A DNA stretch of 64,000 bases from Candidatus Colwellbacteria bacterium (GCA_016176505.1 JACOXB010000006.1:7240-71239), one strand, 5' to 3'; positions 46,704 through 57,092 are shown, numbered from the stretch's first letter. Translations and numbers: made by a program. Notes: generated from the letters alone by a model not told the origin.

Positions 46704-46985
46704 ATGGCCAAGACTAAAGCAGGGGGGACAACTAAGTTAGGCCGAGATTCGGCCTCGAAACGTTTAGGCGTGAAGCGCTATGATGGCCAAATGGTCGTGC
46801 CGGGTGAAATTTTAATTCGCCAGCGCGGGACCAAATTTCTACCTGGCCGTAATGTGGCTCGAGGGGCTGATGATACTCTTTACGCGAAAGTTGGCGGTTT
46901 AGTTAAATTTACAACTAGGCGGAAAACCCGTTTTGACGGGAAAAAGAGAATCGTTAAAGCGATTGAGATTCAACCAAGATCGTAA
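46704..46985 (+). CDS. rpmA: 50S ribosomal protein L27
   Basis: [19 protein letters not shown] ... IRQRGTKF signature. Confidence 0.85.
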   Translation: MAKTKAGGTTKLGRDSASKRLGVKRYDGQMVVPGEILIRQRGTKFLPGRNVARGADDTLYAKVGGLVKFTTRRKTRFDGKKRIVKAIEIQPRS

Positions 46986-47397
46986 TTTCGGTTTTAATCC
47001 CCTGCCCTAAATCGATTTCGACTTGATGTTCACCAAGCGTTCTCAAGTGGGTAGTTTCGATTTTTAGATTGGCGTCTTTTAGCTCGGGATACTCTTCGAC
47101 TAATCTTTCTCTTATTTCAACATCACTGACTGAACTGAAAACTTCGCCCCGCTCCCCTGTTTTCACCCGGAAATTCAACGGACCGGATTTTTTAATTTGC
47201 TCAAGCCTATTTTTTAGTTCTTCAATCTCTGCGGCTAAAGCTTTTTGCCTAACCTCCAGTTTTTTAATATTTTCTGGCGTGGCTGGATCAACTAATTTTT
47301 GAGGAATCAAAAAATTCCGAGCATAGCCGTCGGATACATTTTTTACATCTCCCTTTCTCCCCAGCGCTTTAATATCTTGGAGCAGAATTACTTTCAC
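46954..47397 (-). CDS. rplI: 50S ribosomal protein L9
   Basis: [33 protein letters not shown]-terminus. Confidence 0.85.
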   Translation of the reverse strand: MKVILLQDIKALGRKGDVKNVSDGYARNFLIPQKLVDPATPENIKKLEVRQKALAAEIEELKNRLEQIKKSGPLNFRVKTGERGEVFSSVSDVEIRERLVEEYPELKDANLKIETTHLRTLGEHQVEIDLGQGIKTEITILVESQSL

Positions 47398-48713
47398 CTA
47401 ATTTCTCTTTTGATAAGCTCTATAGCTTTATTGAGTTGGGGGTCTCGGTCAGCGAGAACATCCTCGTCAGTTAAAGTAACTGGATAATCAGGCGCGAGTC
47501 CATTGCCTTCAAGCAGAGTGCCGTCCGCCAAGAGCCAGTTCGCAATCGTGATTTTTAGAGTTGAGCCATCGCTTAATTCCTCAAGTTCCTGGACCGTGCC
47601 TTTGCCGAAAGTTTTTTCACCAACAAGTTCCACACCGCGGTTCACCCGAAGCGAGCCAGCCAGGATTTCAGAGGCAGAAGCTGAACCTTCGTTAACTAAA
47701 ACCACGACCGGAAAATCAGCTAAGAGCCCGTTACCCTTAGCTCGGAAAACTTTTTCTTCACCAGAACTAAATTTCTCAATCACCACTACATCGCCCCGAT
47801 CGAGAAACCAGCCAGCCAAATTAACCGAGACATCAAGATAGCCGCCCGGATTATTTCGCAGATCAAGAACTATGCCTTTACCTCGAGCCCGAAGCCCCTC
47901 GAATACTGCCTGATAAAAAGCCCGAGGGGCATTGCCGCTAAAGCTATAGAGCTTAAGATAAATAATATTCCCCTCTTTCATTTCCCATTCAACCGTGGGG
48001 ATGGTGATGTTTTCCCTCGTAATCTTAAACTCTCTGGGCTCATTCCAGCTTTCGCGGAGAATGGTAAGCGTGACTGAGGTGCCGAGTTCGCCCCGGATCA
48101 GTTTTACCGATTCATCAATAGTTAAATCTCCGGTCGAGCGGCCGTCTACTTCGAGAATTTGATCACCAGGTTGAAGGCCTGCTTTTTCAGCTGGCGAATT
48201 TTTAAGTGGCGCGACAATAATTAGTTGGTCGTCCCGGATATCAATCTCAGCGCCAATACCGCTAAAACTGCCTTTGACATCCTCGTTAAATTTCTCCGAA
48301 TCTTCCGGACTTAGAAAAACGCTGTTCGGATCATCCAGAGCTTCGGTTAAGCCGCGGATAGCTCCGTAAATTAATTCTTGGTCGTCGAGCTCTTCGGCGC
48401 CAATATAGTTTCGTTTAATTGCATCCCAGGCTTCCCAAAAAATACTAAAGTCCGCTGTAACCCCTTCCGGGGTTTCGGCGCCGGAGAGACCCTCGATAGT
48501 AATATTTCTTGTTTGATCAAGCCCGGTTTCGTAGCCAATATAGTAAGAACCGGCCGAAGCGCTGCCGACCGCGAGAGAGAAAATAAGAGCCAAAATCATC
48601 TTTTTATTCTTCTGATTGAGTTTGAACTTCACTTGCGGGGTTCTGGTATAATACCAGATAATTGATGGAAGAAGAATACCTTGAGGAGATAAAGCGGCGC
48701 GGGAAGGAATCAA
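47394..48713 (-). CDS. ctpA: Carboxyl-terminal processing protease (S41) with PDZ domain
   Basis: PDZ ([13 protein letters not shown]) and S41 catalytic region (GSASASEI ... K). Confidence 0.8.
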   Translation of the reverse strand: MIPSRAALSPQGILLPSIIWYYTRTPQVKFKLNQKNKKMILALIFSLAVGSASAGSYYIGYETGLDQTRNITIEGLSGAETPEGVTADFSIFWEAWDAIKRNYIGAEELDDQELIYGAIRGLTEALDDPNSVFLSPEDSEKFNEDVKGSFSGIGAEIDIRDDQLIIVAPLKNSPAEKAGLQPGDQILEVDGRSTGDLTIDESVKLIRGELGTSVTLTILRESWNEPREFKITRENITIPTVEWEMKEGNIIYLKLYSFSGNAPRAFYQAVFEGLRARGKGIVLDLRNNPGGYLDVSVNLAGWFLDRGDVVVIEKFSSGEEKVFRAKGNGLLADFPVVVLVNEGSASASEILAGSLRVNRGVELVGEKTFGKGTVQELEELSDGSTLKITIANWLLADGTLLEGNGLAPDYPVTLTDEDVLADRDPQLNKAIELIKREIR

Positions 48714-48922
48714 GGGTTTACGAGGAACATCAACTAGTCGGACTGCTTTTGGCTGAGATTCTAGAAGATGAAGAGCATAAATCTCTTTATATGAAACTGG
48801 CCAAGGAGCACGAGACTGATTTTTTGTTTAAACTGGCGAAGTCGGTAGCGGAGCGGAAAAGGGTGAAGAAAAAAGGCGCTTATTTTATGAGGATTTTAAC
48901 CCAAATAGGCAAGAAAAAGTGA
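48662..48922 (+). CDS. Hypothetical charged small protein
   Basis: 86-aa ORF only. Confidence 0.3.
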   Translation: MMEEEYLEEIKRRGKESRVYEEHQLVGLLLAEILEDEEHKSLYMKLAKEHETDFLFKLAKSVAERKRVKKKGAYFMRILTQIGKKK

Positions 48923-49377
48923 TGGATATTTTAACGATTAGAGATAGAGAAGAGAAAAAATTTCTAGCCAAGAAAGCAGTAGAATTCGATTTTAAAAAAT
49001 TTACTAAAAAGGAGATTGGCGAGTTGATTCGGGAAATGCGCCGAACCATGGACGAGGCTGACGGTACGGGTCTCGCGGCTAATCAGGTCGGGCTTGATTT
49101 TAAAATGTTTGTGGCCAAGTGCGATAATAAATTTTACGCTATTTTTAATCCGGAAATTGTAAGCGCTTCAAAAGTCAAAGCACTTGGAGTCGAGGGGTGT
49201 CTTTCCGTACCCGAGTTTTATCTTGAAATTCCTCGGGCCGAAGAGGTCGTGCTTAAGGGTTTTGATAAGAATGGCAAAAGAATCAAGATTAAAGCTTGGG
49301 GACTTTTAGCCAGAATTTTTCAGCACGAAGTAGACCACCTAAACGGCAAATTGATTAGTGACTACGTCAAAAAATAA
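48919..49377 (+). CDS. def: Peptide deformylase
   Basis: GLAANQVG, EGCLSVP, HEVDHLNG motifs. Confidence 0.85.
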   Translation: MMDILTIRDREEKKFLAKKAVEFDFKKFTKKEIGELIREMRRTMDEADGTGLAANQVGLDFKMFVAKCDNKFYAIFNPEIVSASKVKALGVEGCLSVPEFYLEIPRAEEVVLKGFDKNGKRIKIKAWGLLARIFQHEVDHLNGKLISDYVKK

Positions 49378-50233
49378 TTTTGTTTTTTTTGGCACGCCAA
49401 GATTCGCGGCTGTTATTCTTGAGAAACTAATTGCTGGCGGTTGGGCGCCGCAGGCTTTAGTTTGTAATCCAGATCGACCCGTAGGAAGGAAACAAGTAAT
49501 TACTCCGCCGCCGACTAAAACTAGTATCTTGAATCTAGAATCTAGTATTAAGAATGAAATTAAGATTTTTCAGCCGAAGAATAAAAACGAGCTTGTGAGC
49601 ATCAGTGATCAGTTGTTCCAAGAGGCTGATTTTGGTATTTTGGCTGCTTATGGCCAGATTGTGCCGCTCGAGGTTATAAATAAAGCTCGTTTTGGCATTA
49701 TTGGGGTGCACCCCTCGCTTTTACCAAAATTCCGAGGCCCGACCCCTATTCAGTCAGCTATTTTAGAAGGCGAAACTACGACTGGTGCTACGCTGTTTTT
49801 AATGGATGAAAAAGTGGATCATGGTCCGGTAATTAGTAGTAAGGGATTAGTAGTAAGTAGTAAGGATGGTTACGAGACATTGGAAACGAGATTGGCGGAG
49901 TTGGCCGGAGATTTGTTGATTGAAACTTTGCCGAAGTTTGTGAAGGGTGAAATTACTCCCCTGCCCCAGAATGAGGCCGAGGCTACTTATACTAAGAAAT
50001 TTACAACCGAAGATGGTTATATAAATCCGAAAGAACTTCAAGCGGCAACAAGCGGCGCTAATCAAGAAAAAGCAATTGAGATTGAGCGGAAAATCAGAGC
50101 GTTGAATCCTGAACCTGGAGTTTGGACCGAATTGGATGGCGTGAGGACAAAAATCCTTGAAGGCGTTTTAATTGATTCTCGGCTCAAACTTGTTAAAATC
50201 CAGAAGGCCGGAAAGAGGCCAATAACGTTATAA
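49358..50233 (+). CDS. fmt: Methionyl-tRNA formyltransferase
   Basis: FFGTP N-terminus, formyl-transferase HPSLLP motif, immediately downstream of def. Confidence 0.85.
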   Translation: MTTSKNNFVFFGTPRFAAVILEKLIAGGWAPQALVCNPDRPVGRKQVITPPPTKTSILNLESSIKNEIKIFQPKNKNELVSISDQLFQEADFGILAAYGQIVPLEVINKARFGIIGVHPSLLPKFRGPTPIQSAILEGETTTGATLFLMDEKVDHGPVISSKGLVVSSKDGYETLETRLAELAGDLLIETLPKFVKGEITPLPQNEAEATYTKKFTTEDGYINPKELQAATSGANQEKAIEIERKIRALNPEPGVWTELDGVRTKILEGVLIDSRLKLVKIQKAGKRPITL

Positions 50234-50234
50234 A

Positions 50235-50305
50235 TGCGGGATCGTCTAATGGTAGGACGCCTGACTCTGGATCAGGTAATCTAGGTTCGAATCCTAGTCC
50301 CGCAG
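50235..50305 (+). tRNA. tRNA-Gln (anticodon CTG)
   Basis: Acceptor TGCGGGA/TCCCGCA, anticodon stem CCTGA/TCAGG with loop CTCTGGA, T-arm CTAGGTTCGAATCCTAG. Confidence 0.8.
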
Positions 50306-50310
50306 CTAAT

Positions 50311-50347
50311 GTAAAACAAGTATACCCTTGCGGTATACTTATTTTAC
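50311..50347 (+). terminator. Terminator hairpin after tRNA-Gln
   Basis: aagtatacc cttgc ggtatactt followed by atttt. Confidence 0.5.
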
Positions 50348-50351
50348 ATAA

Positions 50352-50372
50352 GACTAGGATTCGAACCGAAGG
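50352..50372 (-). repeat. Inverted 16-nt copy of the tRNA-Gln T-arm/acceptor (ggttcgaatcctagtc)
   Basis: Reverse complement is identical to 50284-50299 of the tRNA. Confidence 0.45.
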
Positions 50373-50476
50373 AGGGGTCGGGAGGAAAGTATAAGGTTCC
50401 TCCCGTGTAGGAAAACAGCGAGCGAAGCGAGCGCCAGAAACCGAGGGTGTCTGGGGAGCGAGTGGATATGAGCGAC

Positions 50477-50547
50477 GTTCGACTCCCTAGCCCCGCAGCC
50501 AAGTCGTGCTGGCGCGAAGAGCGTATGAGTCTCGTGCGCTCGAGGAG
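50477..50547 (+). repeat. Degenerate tRNA-Gln 3'-end copy plus a conserved ~50-bp segment (att-like scar A)
   Basis: gttcgactccctagccccgcag resembles the tRNA 3' end. It is followed by ccaagtcgtgctggcgcgaagagcgtatgagtctcgtgcgctcgaggag, which repeats at 51362-51412. Confidence 0.5.
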
Positions 50548-50569
50548 GGTAGCGTGATACGATTTCTAC

Positions 50570-51337
50570 ATGATGAGCAAGACAATAATACATAAGATTC
50601 CCAACGAGTTTGGCGAGAAGCTAGATGTATTAGTTGAAGGGAATGAGGGTGCCCCAGAAATGCTAGTTTTTGTTCATGGCTATGGGACAGATAAAGACGA
50701 GGGGTTCTCATCCTTTATTGATTTATCTAACGCTTTCAAGGATGAGTACTTAAATATTAGATACGACCAGGCGGGCTACGGAAAGAGTGAGGGAGAGGAT
50801 AAGGCCTTTAATCTTCAAAGGGCTGCGGGAGATCTACGCAGTATTCTCAGATGGGCCAAGGAACAGTATCCAGATAAGAGAGTAAATATCCTAGCGCACT
50901 CCCTGGGTATATTTGCTCCCCTTCTGCTATCACCCGAGGACGTAGAAAGGTTTGGATTTACTAGTATCCCTAATGCAGATACTGAGTATTCAATAGACTT
51001 CCTCCAAAAGAGAATTAAGGCTGCTGGGGGTAGGGTAGATGAAAGTGGGATTAGTGCCTACCCAAGAAGTAAAGGTGCAGTTCAGTTCATAGGGGCTGAG
51101 TTCTGGAAAACGTTGAGGAGCTTAGATCCCGTTAAACTCATTAGTAATTTAGCCAAGACATCTAAAATAGCCATCTTCAGGCCAATGCAGGACGATGTGC
51201 TTGGACTAGATCATTTTGATGAGTACAAGAATATAGAGGGAGTTCAATACACAGAATTGGATGGAGATCATAATTTCACCAAGTTAGAAGATAGAAAAGC
51301 TGCGATAGATGCACTTAGGGAGTTCCTCAAGAAGTGA
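50570..51337 (+). CDS. Alpha/beta hydrolase (hypothetical)
   Basis: GxSxG (AHSLG), HGYG oxyanion region. Lies between the two att-like scars. Confidence 0.55.
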   Translation: MMSKTIIHKIPNEFGEKLDVLVEGNEGAPEMLVFVHGYGTDKDEGFSSFIDLSNAFKDEYLNIRYDQAGYGKSEGEDKAFNLQRAAGDLRSILRWAKEQYPDKRVNILAHSLGIFAPLLLSPEDVERFGFTSIPNADTEYSIDFLQKRIKAAGGRVDESGISAYPRSKGAVQFIGAEFWKTLRSLDPVKLISNLAKTSKIAIFRPMQDDVLGLDHFDEYKNIEGVQYTELDGDHNFTKLEDRKAAIDALREFLKK

Positions 51338-51344
51338 GATCGGT

Positions 51345-51412
51345 TTGATTCCTAGACCCCCAGCCAAGTCGTGCTGGCGCGAAGAGCGTATGGGTCTCGG
51401 GCGCTCGAGGAG
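51345..51412 (+). repeat. Second degenerate tRNA-Gln 3'-end copy plus conserved segment (att-like scar B)
   Basis: ggtttgattcctagacccccagcc followed by aagtcgtgctggcgcgaagagcgtatgggtctcgggcgctcgaggag. Confidence 0.5.
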
Positions 51413-51455
51413 CGTCAAGTCGTGAGCGTTTTTACTACTAAGATATAATTAGCAA

Positions 51456-52058
51456 ATGGAGTACAAAGCTTTAGTCTTCGATTTTTTTGGAGTTCTTTGC
51501 TCTGAAGTAGCACCACCTTGGTTCCACGAGCATTTTCCCAATCGAGGTCATTCCCTTAAGGATGAATTAATGTATCCCGCTGATCGGGGTGAGGTGTCGC
51601 AGGAGAATCTTTTTATACAACTCGCAAAATTGTCTGGTATTTCTGCTAAAGAAATAGAAGAGGATTGGATTAAGCGTGCCGCTATCAATACAGAACTCCT
51701 AAACTTTATTAAAGAATTTAAGAGTCTATATAAATTAGGAATCCTTTCAAATTCTATGTCCCCATATTTTCATACGATTACGGAAGATCTCGGGTTGGAT
51801 GAGATCTTCGATGAGATAATTATTTCGAGCGAGATAGGACATACTAAACCAGAACCAGAAGCATATCAAGCAGTATTAACCAGGCTTAATGTTTTACCTA
51901 GTGAGACATTACTAATTGACGATAATACGCAATACATAAATGGTGCTGGCGAACTAGGAATTGACGGCTATATCTTTATCTCAAATCAAGATTTACAGCT
52001 TGATCTCAAAAATGAATTCAAAGGCTCCAGCTCGAGTAGGTCAGTATCGCCTATATAA
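51456..52058 (+). CDS. HAD-superfamily hydrolase (family IA-like)
   Basis: ALVFDFFGVL motif I region, LIDDN motif IV. Confidence 0.5.
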   Translation: MEYKALVFDFFGVLCSEVAPPWFHEHFPNRGHSLKDELMYPADRGEVSQENLFIQLAKLSGISAKEIEEDWIKRAAINTELLNFIKEFKSLYKLGILSNSMSPYFHTITEDLGLDEIFDEIIISSEIGHTKPEPEAYQAVLTRLNVLPSETLLIDDNTQYINGAGELGIDGYIFISNQDLQLDLKNEFKGSSSSRSVSPI

Positions 52059-52071
52059 TATTTAAGCGAGC

Positions 52072-52779
52072 ATGGATATACCTTTTCGCTACGCCTACGC
52101 CGCACTAACCATCCCGTTCATTGCAGTCTGGCTGATTCTTTTTATTTTCAGTAAGAATACACGTAAAGAACAGCTAATTTTAAGTTCTCTTTTCGCTCCG
52201 CTCGGGCCTATCAGCGAACTCATTTATTTCCGAGACTATTGGTTGCCCCAAAGCATTTGGCCGTTTTCTTTCGGAACATTCCCGTTCATGATCGAGGATC
52301 TTGTCTTCGCCTTTGTGATCGCGGGCATCGGGGGGGTTATTTATGAAGCCGTATTAAGGAAACGCTTAGCCAGCACAGGGGCTCGATTACCACGCCGGAT
52401 TAGACCGTTTATTATAGCGCTACTCGGTATTGCAACTATGTTTTTTCTTTTAAAGATGGGTATTAATTCCATCTACGCTTCGTCGGCAGCGTTTCTAGTT
52501 ATTGCGTTGCTGATAATAGCTAATCGTAGAGATTTGCTCGCCGATGCCCTGGGAAGCGGAGTTGGCGTTATGCTCATTATGTTTCTGTCTTATTTTTTAC
52601 TTTCTAACGTTATAGTTAAGAATACCGACCAACTGCTGATGCAGGCATGGTTGATTTATGGGGAGCCAATTGCTATACGATTTCTCGGTATCCCTCTAAC
52701 CGAAATGATCTGGGGTTTTACTTGGGGCTTGGTAATCGGACCGCTATATGAGTTTTTGAGAAAAATGCGGGTAGTTTAA
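52072..52779 (+). CDS. Integral membrane protein (hypothetical)
   Basis: 235 aa with about 7 TM helices. Confidence 0.4.
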   Translation: MDIPFRYAYAALTIPFIAVWLILFIFSKNTRKEQLILSSLFAPLGPISELIYFRDYWLPQSIWPFSFGTFPFMIEDLVFAFVIAGIGGVIYEAVLRKRLASTGARLPRRIRPFIIALLGIATMFFLLKMGINSIYASSAAFLVIALLIIANRRDLLADALGSGVGVMLIMFLSYFLLSNVIVKNTDQLLMQAWLIYGEPIAIRFLGIPLTEMIWGFTWGLVIGPLYEFLRKMRVV

Positions 52780-52874
52780 AATTAGGGACACTCGAATTAC
52801 GTAAATAGGTACGTACTTATTTACGTACTAGCGATACAATATACCAGATACTGAATACTAAATACTGATTTATT

Positions 52875-55800
52875 TTATCCCCGGAGTTTCCGGGAGAGAA
52901 GATAGATAAGATACGTAGCGAGCGCGCCTAAAGCGGCACCGACAAGCATGCCGACATAAGTATTCTCAGTGCCGAGCATCAAGGCGCTAAGCATTGTGGC
53001 GAGAAGCGGGGGTAGCGGTTTGGGCAAATCCGAGGTTGTTTCTGGGGCTGGAGCTGGTTCCTCTTCAGCTAATGCCGGTGGAGCAGGTTCTTCACTGGGA
53101 GCGCCTGGGGTTTCAGAGCCTGCAGAGCCTTCTTCAGCTGGAGCAGCAGGCTGCTCTATCGTGATTCCCGGAGTTTCCGGAGGGGTCGGAGTTTCGGCCG
53201 GGATTTCGGTTTCTTCTTGAGGCGCTGGTTCTTCTTCCTCTTCTTCAGGTTCAGCATAAGTGGTATAGGTTACACTCGTCCCTAAAAAACTACCCCCTGA
53301 ACTATGGGTAGCAGCATAGACCGAAGCCTTAGTAGCCGTGAAGGTACAGAGTCCATCGGTTACGACACAGGTGGTCGGCGGGCCAATGCCGTCATTAGTC
53401 CAATCCTCTACTCCGCTTGTAGAGCGAAGAATATCAAGAATTCGGCCGTTCAAATCTACGCCGACAAAAATATTCAGAGTAATGGCTGGGTCAAAAGCAA
53501 GTTCTGTATCAGGCAGGCCCCATTTAAGAGCGCCATCAACTACCACGCCTCCAGCTAAACCAGAAAGGCTGTCGGCCGTGACTGCTTCGCTCACCAGTTC
53601 GCCAATATCGATGTTCTCACCATCGCTCCGAGTGATGACGACGCCGTTCGGTAAAGTGATAGTGCTCATCCCATCGCCTGTCGGGACATTAATTTCCGTC
53701 TCCCCCAAGGTTATAACTGAAGGAGTGGATCCGCTGTTACCGCTCGTGGCGGCGAAATGACCGCCTAAAAGCTCGACAAAGTGAGTGTTGCCGAAATCAA
53801 GGAAGTTCCCGTCTACATCTTGGTTAATTTCGTTCCCGTCAATTAAATCGACGAAAATATCAAAGAAGGAATCGGCCGGATTAGTTCTCTGCCAATTTTC
53901 TTGAGCAGTCTCGTTAAGGTGATAGGTTCCCGGTTCATCAATCGGGAAAGTAAATCGGCCGTCGTCATCCGTTTCTGTTGTCGCGAGAGTCTCGTCATCG
54001 CTATTAAGTAGGTTTATCAGCCAGCCGCCGAGGCCTAATTCTCCTTCATCCCAAATACCATCAACATCAAGATCGTTCCACTTGTAGCCGACTATGGTCG
54101 AAATAGGCGGGGCGGGAATAACTTGATTGCCGAAGTTAACATTGGTTTCGTCGCTGCCGTCTACGATAGAGACTTCCCAGCAGCCGTCCTCAGTATCAGG
54201 AAAAGTTTGAACCCAATCATTCTGAAGGAGTTCGCAAACAAAATAGTTATCATCTTCAAGGTCTTCAAAAGAGTAGAGGCCATCTACGTCCGTAAGCGTC
54301 TCGTCTAGCTGGTCATCGCCGACCCAAAGCTGAATAGTCCAGTCCTCGAGTCCGGGCTCGTCATCATCCCAGATGCCGTCCCCGTTCAGGTCATTAAATT
54401 TAGTCCCGAAAATCGAGCCGAGTTCAGGTTCAACTGGCGGGATAATCACCGGGTTATCATCATTAGTGATCGTACAGGTTTTAGTTTCTCCCAATCCAAC
54501 CGTTACGTTACCGTTTTCGTCACAATCGCCGCTAAAACTGGCCGTATAACCCGGATCGCCATCTTCACTGACGATATAATCCCCAGCATCAACCGTGTTT
54601 TCCTCGCCATTTATTACTTCAGCGTCATCGATAAAGAGGGAGAAGTCATCAGCGGTGAGGTCGCCGTCATCGTCATTTATAACAACTTTCTCGACGATAA
54701 GAGTGCCTGGTTGATCGTCATTGGTGATAACGCAAGTGGCAGTTTCGCCGACGGATAAGAAGACCTCACTGCAGTTATCGTAAGTTGTGCTATAGCCGCC
54801 GACTTCTGGTTCGGTTACAGTGTAGTTCCCGGCATCTAGCGTGAGTTCATTTTCGCCCTCTTCTGGTGAATCCGCCTCCTCGAAGTCTATAGGTTCGCCG
54901 CCGTTTACCTGAAACGAGAAATCTTGGGCCTCAAATGTCCCGCCGTTATCGTTTATAACCAGTTTTTGGATGATAAGCGTTACTGACTCGTCGTCATTCG
55001 TAATAGTACAAGTGGCAGAACCGCCAGCAGGAATATCTAGGTCATCGCAATTATCATATGAAGTGGTATATCCCGGAACCATAGGTTCGGTAATCGTGTA
55101 TGTATCGGGATCGACGCTTAGTTCATTTTCGCCCGTTTCTTCGTCGATTTGTTCGAAGTCTATGGGTTCACCCCCGTTTACTTGGAATGAAAAATCTCCA
55201 GGCTCCAAGGTGCCGCCGTTGTCGTTTATAACCACCTTCTTGACGGTGAGGGTGCCGGTGTCCACGACCGTGACCGAGTTAGTGTTACAGCTGTTATTAT
55301 TGTCAGCCAACTCAGCGACTTTATTACCTGGATCTGCCTTACAGGTTTGATTAGTCCTCGGATTAGTAATGGTTCCGATGGCTGTTGGGTGAACGCCAAC
55401 AGAAAAATCAATATAGGCACCAACTGGGATTGTAATCGTATCCCCCGTATTATTACTGACCTTACAGTTTAGATCTCTATTTTGAGCGCCGGTTTGGTCG
55501 CAGATAATCGATCCGGTGCCGCCTGTACCTGACGTCGTAATGACCGCTGGATCATAATCGTCGACGCCAGTACTCGGCATCTCGTCTTGCAATATCTTCT
55601 CGTTCTTATTAAAGACTGCCTCTGCTGTCCCGACATTTTCAACTCTAACTTTCCAGGTGAAAGTGCCGTTTAACCCAGCCGTTCCATTGACGTTATTCGA
55701 TTTGGTGGCGGTTAAGTCTGGGGCTGAATCAGTAAAACTAGTTTCAGCGAGCCTTTCGCCCGAGAGAGTGCTCGCCACTACGGTATAAAGCGGTCGGTAA

Positions 55801-56441
55801 ACGTCCTCGAGAGTGTATTCGTGGGTGAATGAGCCTTCGGCATTCGCCGTTACCGCGGCGCTTTCTTCGCTAGGAGCAATCTCTTCTGTACCCTCGCCGG
55901 AAATTTTAAGGAGAATGTTTTGAAACGATTGGAAAAATCGGCCTAAAATCGTAACGACTCCGCCAGGATGGTAATCAGTTTCATCGGTTGTGAGGGTTGG
56001 TTCGGATTGGGTTTCCAGCTCTGTCAAAGACGAGCTTTCTTCTGGTGCGCTCGTTTCTGTCTCTGTTGACGAAGACTCGGTCTCGGTTACCTCTGGCTGG
56101 AACTCCGTTTCTTCTACTGCCGTAGACTCCGTTTCGGAGATAGGAGTTGTTTCCGAACCGTTTTCAGCTTCTGGTTCTGGAATGGATTCCGTTTCGGAGA
56201 TAGTTTCTGTTTTCGAAGTTGTTTCTTCGGTTGCCGCAGGACTCGATTCGCTATCGGTTGGTACTTCTGTATCAGTTGTTACGTCTGACGAAGTTTCTGA
56301 AGAAGCAGTTTCTGAAGCGACCGACGCTGTCTCGTCATCGGCATACCCAACTTGGAGCAGCGAGAAATTAGTCGAAAGAGATAAAACAACTACGGTAGCG
56401 AGGAATACCGCGAAAATTGATTGATTTTTGGGCGACTTCAT
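52875..56441 (-). CDS. Large repetitive cell-surface protein (1188 aa) with C-terminal TM anchor
   Basis: Signal peptide. S/T/E-rich linker. Three copies of a ~90-aa KVVINDNGGT ... FSFQVNGGEPIDFE repeat. Two SdrD-B/Cna-B-like repeats (GTKFNDLNGDGIWDDDEPGL). Pro/Ala/Glu-rich stalk, then a TM helix and RKLRG tail. Confidence 0.7.
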   Translation of the reverse strand: MKSPKNQSIFAVFLATVVVLSLSTNFSLLQVGYADDETASVASETASSETSSDVTTDTEVPTDSESSPAATEETTSKTETISETESIPEPEAENGSETTPISETESTAVEETEFQPEVTETESSSTETETSAPEESSSLTELETQSEPTLTTDETDYHPGGVVTILGRFFQSFQNILLKISGEGTEEIAPSEESAAVTANAEGSFTHEYTLEDVYRPLYTVVASTLSGERLAETSFTDSAPDLTATKSNNVNGTAGLNGTFTWKVRVENVGTAEAVFNKNEKILQDEMPSTGVDDYDPAVITTSGTGGTGSIICDQTGAQNRDLNCKVSNNTGDTITIPVGAYIDFSVGVHPTAIGTITNPRTNQTCKADPGNKVAELADNNNSCNTNSVTVVDTGTLTVKKVVINDNGGTLEPGDFSFQVNGGEPIDFEQIDEETGENELSVDPDTYTITEPMVPGYTTSYDNCDDLDIPAGGSATCTITNDDESVTLIIQKLVINDNGGTFEAQDFSFQVNGGEPIDFEEADSPEEGENELTLDAGNYTVTEPEVGGYSTTYDNCSEVFLSVGETATCVITNDDQPGTLIVEKVVINDDDGDLTADDFSLFIDDAEVINGEENTVDAGDYIVSEDGDPGYTASFSGDCDENGNVTVGLGETKTCTITNDDNPVIIPPVEPELGSIFGTKFNDLNGDGIWDDDEPGLEDWTIQLWVGDDQLDETLTDVDGLYSFEDLEDDNYFVCELLQNDWVQTFPDTEDGCWEVSIVDGSDETNVNFGNQVIPAPPISTIVGYKWNDLDVDGIWDEGELGLGGWLINLLNSDDETLATTETDDDGRFTFPIDEPGTYHLNETAQENWQRTNPADSFFDIFVDLIDGNEINQDVDGNFLDFGNTHFVELLGGHFAATSGNSGSTPSVITLGETEINVPTGDGMSTITLPNGVVITRSDGENIDIGELVSEAVTADSLSGLAGGVVVDGALKWGLPDTELAFDPAITLNIFVGVDLNGRILDILRSTSGVEDWTNDGIGPPTTCVVTDGLCTFTATKASVYAATHSSGGSFLGTSVTYTTYAEPEEEEEEPAPQEETEIPAETPTPPETPGITIEQPAAPAEEGSAGSETPGAPSEEPAPPALAEEEPAPAPETTSDLPKPLPPLLATMLSALMLGTENTYVGMLVGAALGALATYLIYLLSRKLRG

Positions 56442-56603
56442 GTTTTGTTGGGTTTGGCACTCGCCCTTGATTGCCCCATTATCCCATAAATCGTCGGGGA
56501 AGTCAATGTGCTAATTATAGCACGGGTTGGATGCCTGAGGCCACGGAGTTAATAAATCGGGGATAACGGAAAAGGTTGATTTTATGATGTTAGAATAGAA
56601 GAA

Positions 56604-57092
56604 ATGGAGTTTTTAATCGGGGCTCTCTTAGCTCTTCTTATCTGGCCGGTTTTTTATCGAGGGGCGCCGTTTGTGCCCACGCCTACCCGGACGATCGAAA
56701 AAATGATTGATCTTGCCGAAGTTAAGCCTGGCGAAAAAGCAGTTGATTTGGGTTCAGGCGACGGCCGAATGGTGATTGCCTTAGCTAAGGCTGGTGCCGA
56801 GGCTCACGGGTATGAAGTGAATCCCCTGCTCGTTTTCTGGTCAAGGCGAAAAATTAAACAAGCCGGGCTAAAAAATAAAGCCTTTATCCATCGAAAAAGT
56901 TTTTGGAGTGTAGATCTTTCGGATTTTAACGTCATTACTCTCTACGGCGTGAGCTTAATGATGAAAAGACTAGAAAAGAAGCTGGATCAGGAGTTAAAGG
57001 ATGGCGCCAGAATCGTTTCTTTTGCTTTCGATTTTCCTGTTTGGCGGCCAGAAAAGAAAGAGAACGGAGTGTATCTATACAGAATATTATAA
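56604..57092 (+). CDS. Small class-I SAM-dependent methyltransferase
   Basis: Motif I VDLGSGDGRMV. The stop codon lies inside palindrome P copy 4. Confidence 0.55.
   Translation: MEFLIGALLALLIWPVFYRGAPFVPTPTRTIEKMIDLAEVKPGEKAVDLGSGDGRMVIALAKAGAEAHGYEVNPLLVFWSRRKIKQAGLKNKAFIHRKSFWSVDLSDFNVITLYGVSLMMKRLEKKLDQELKDGARIVSFAFDFPVWRPEKKENGVYLYRIL

Noticed and set aside
52969-56424. Several plus-strand ORFs (61-144 aa) inside the giant surface-protein gene
   Set aside because: Ser/Val/Gly-rich antisense translations of a repetitive gene; spurious.
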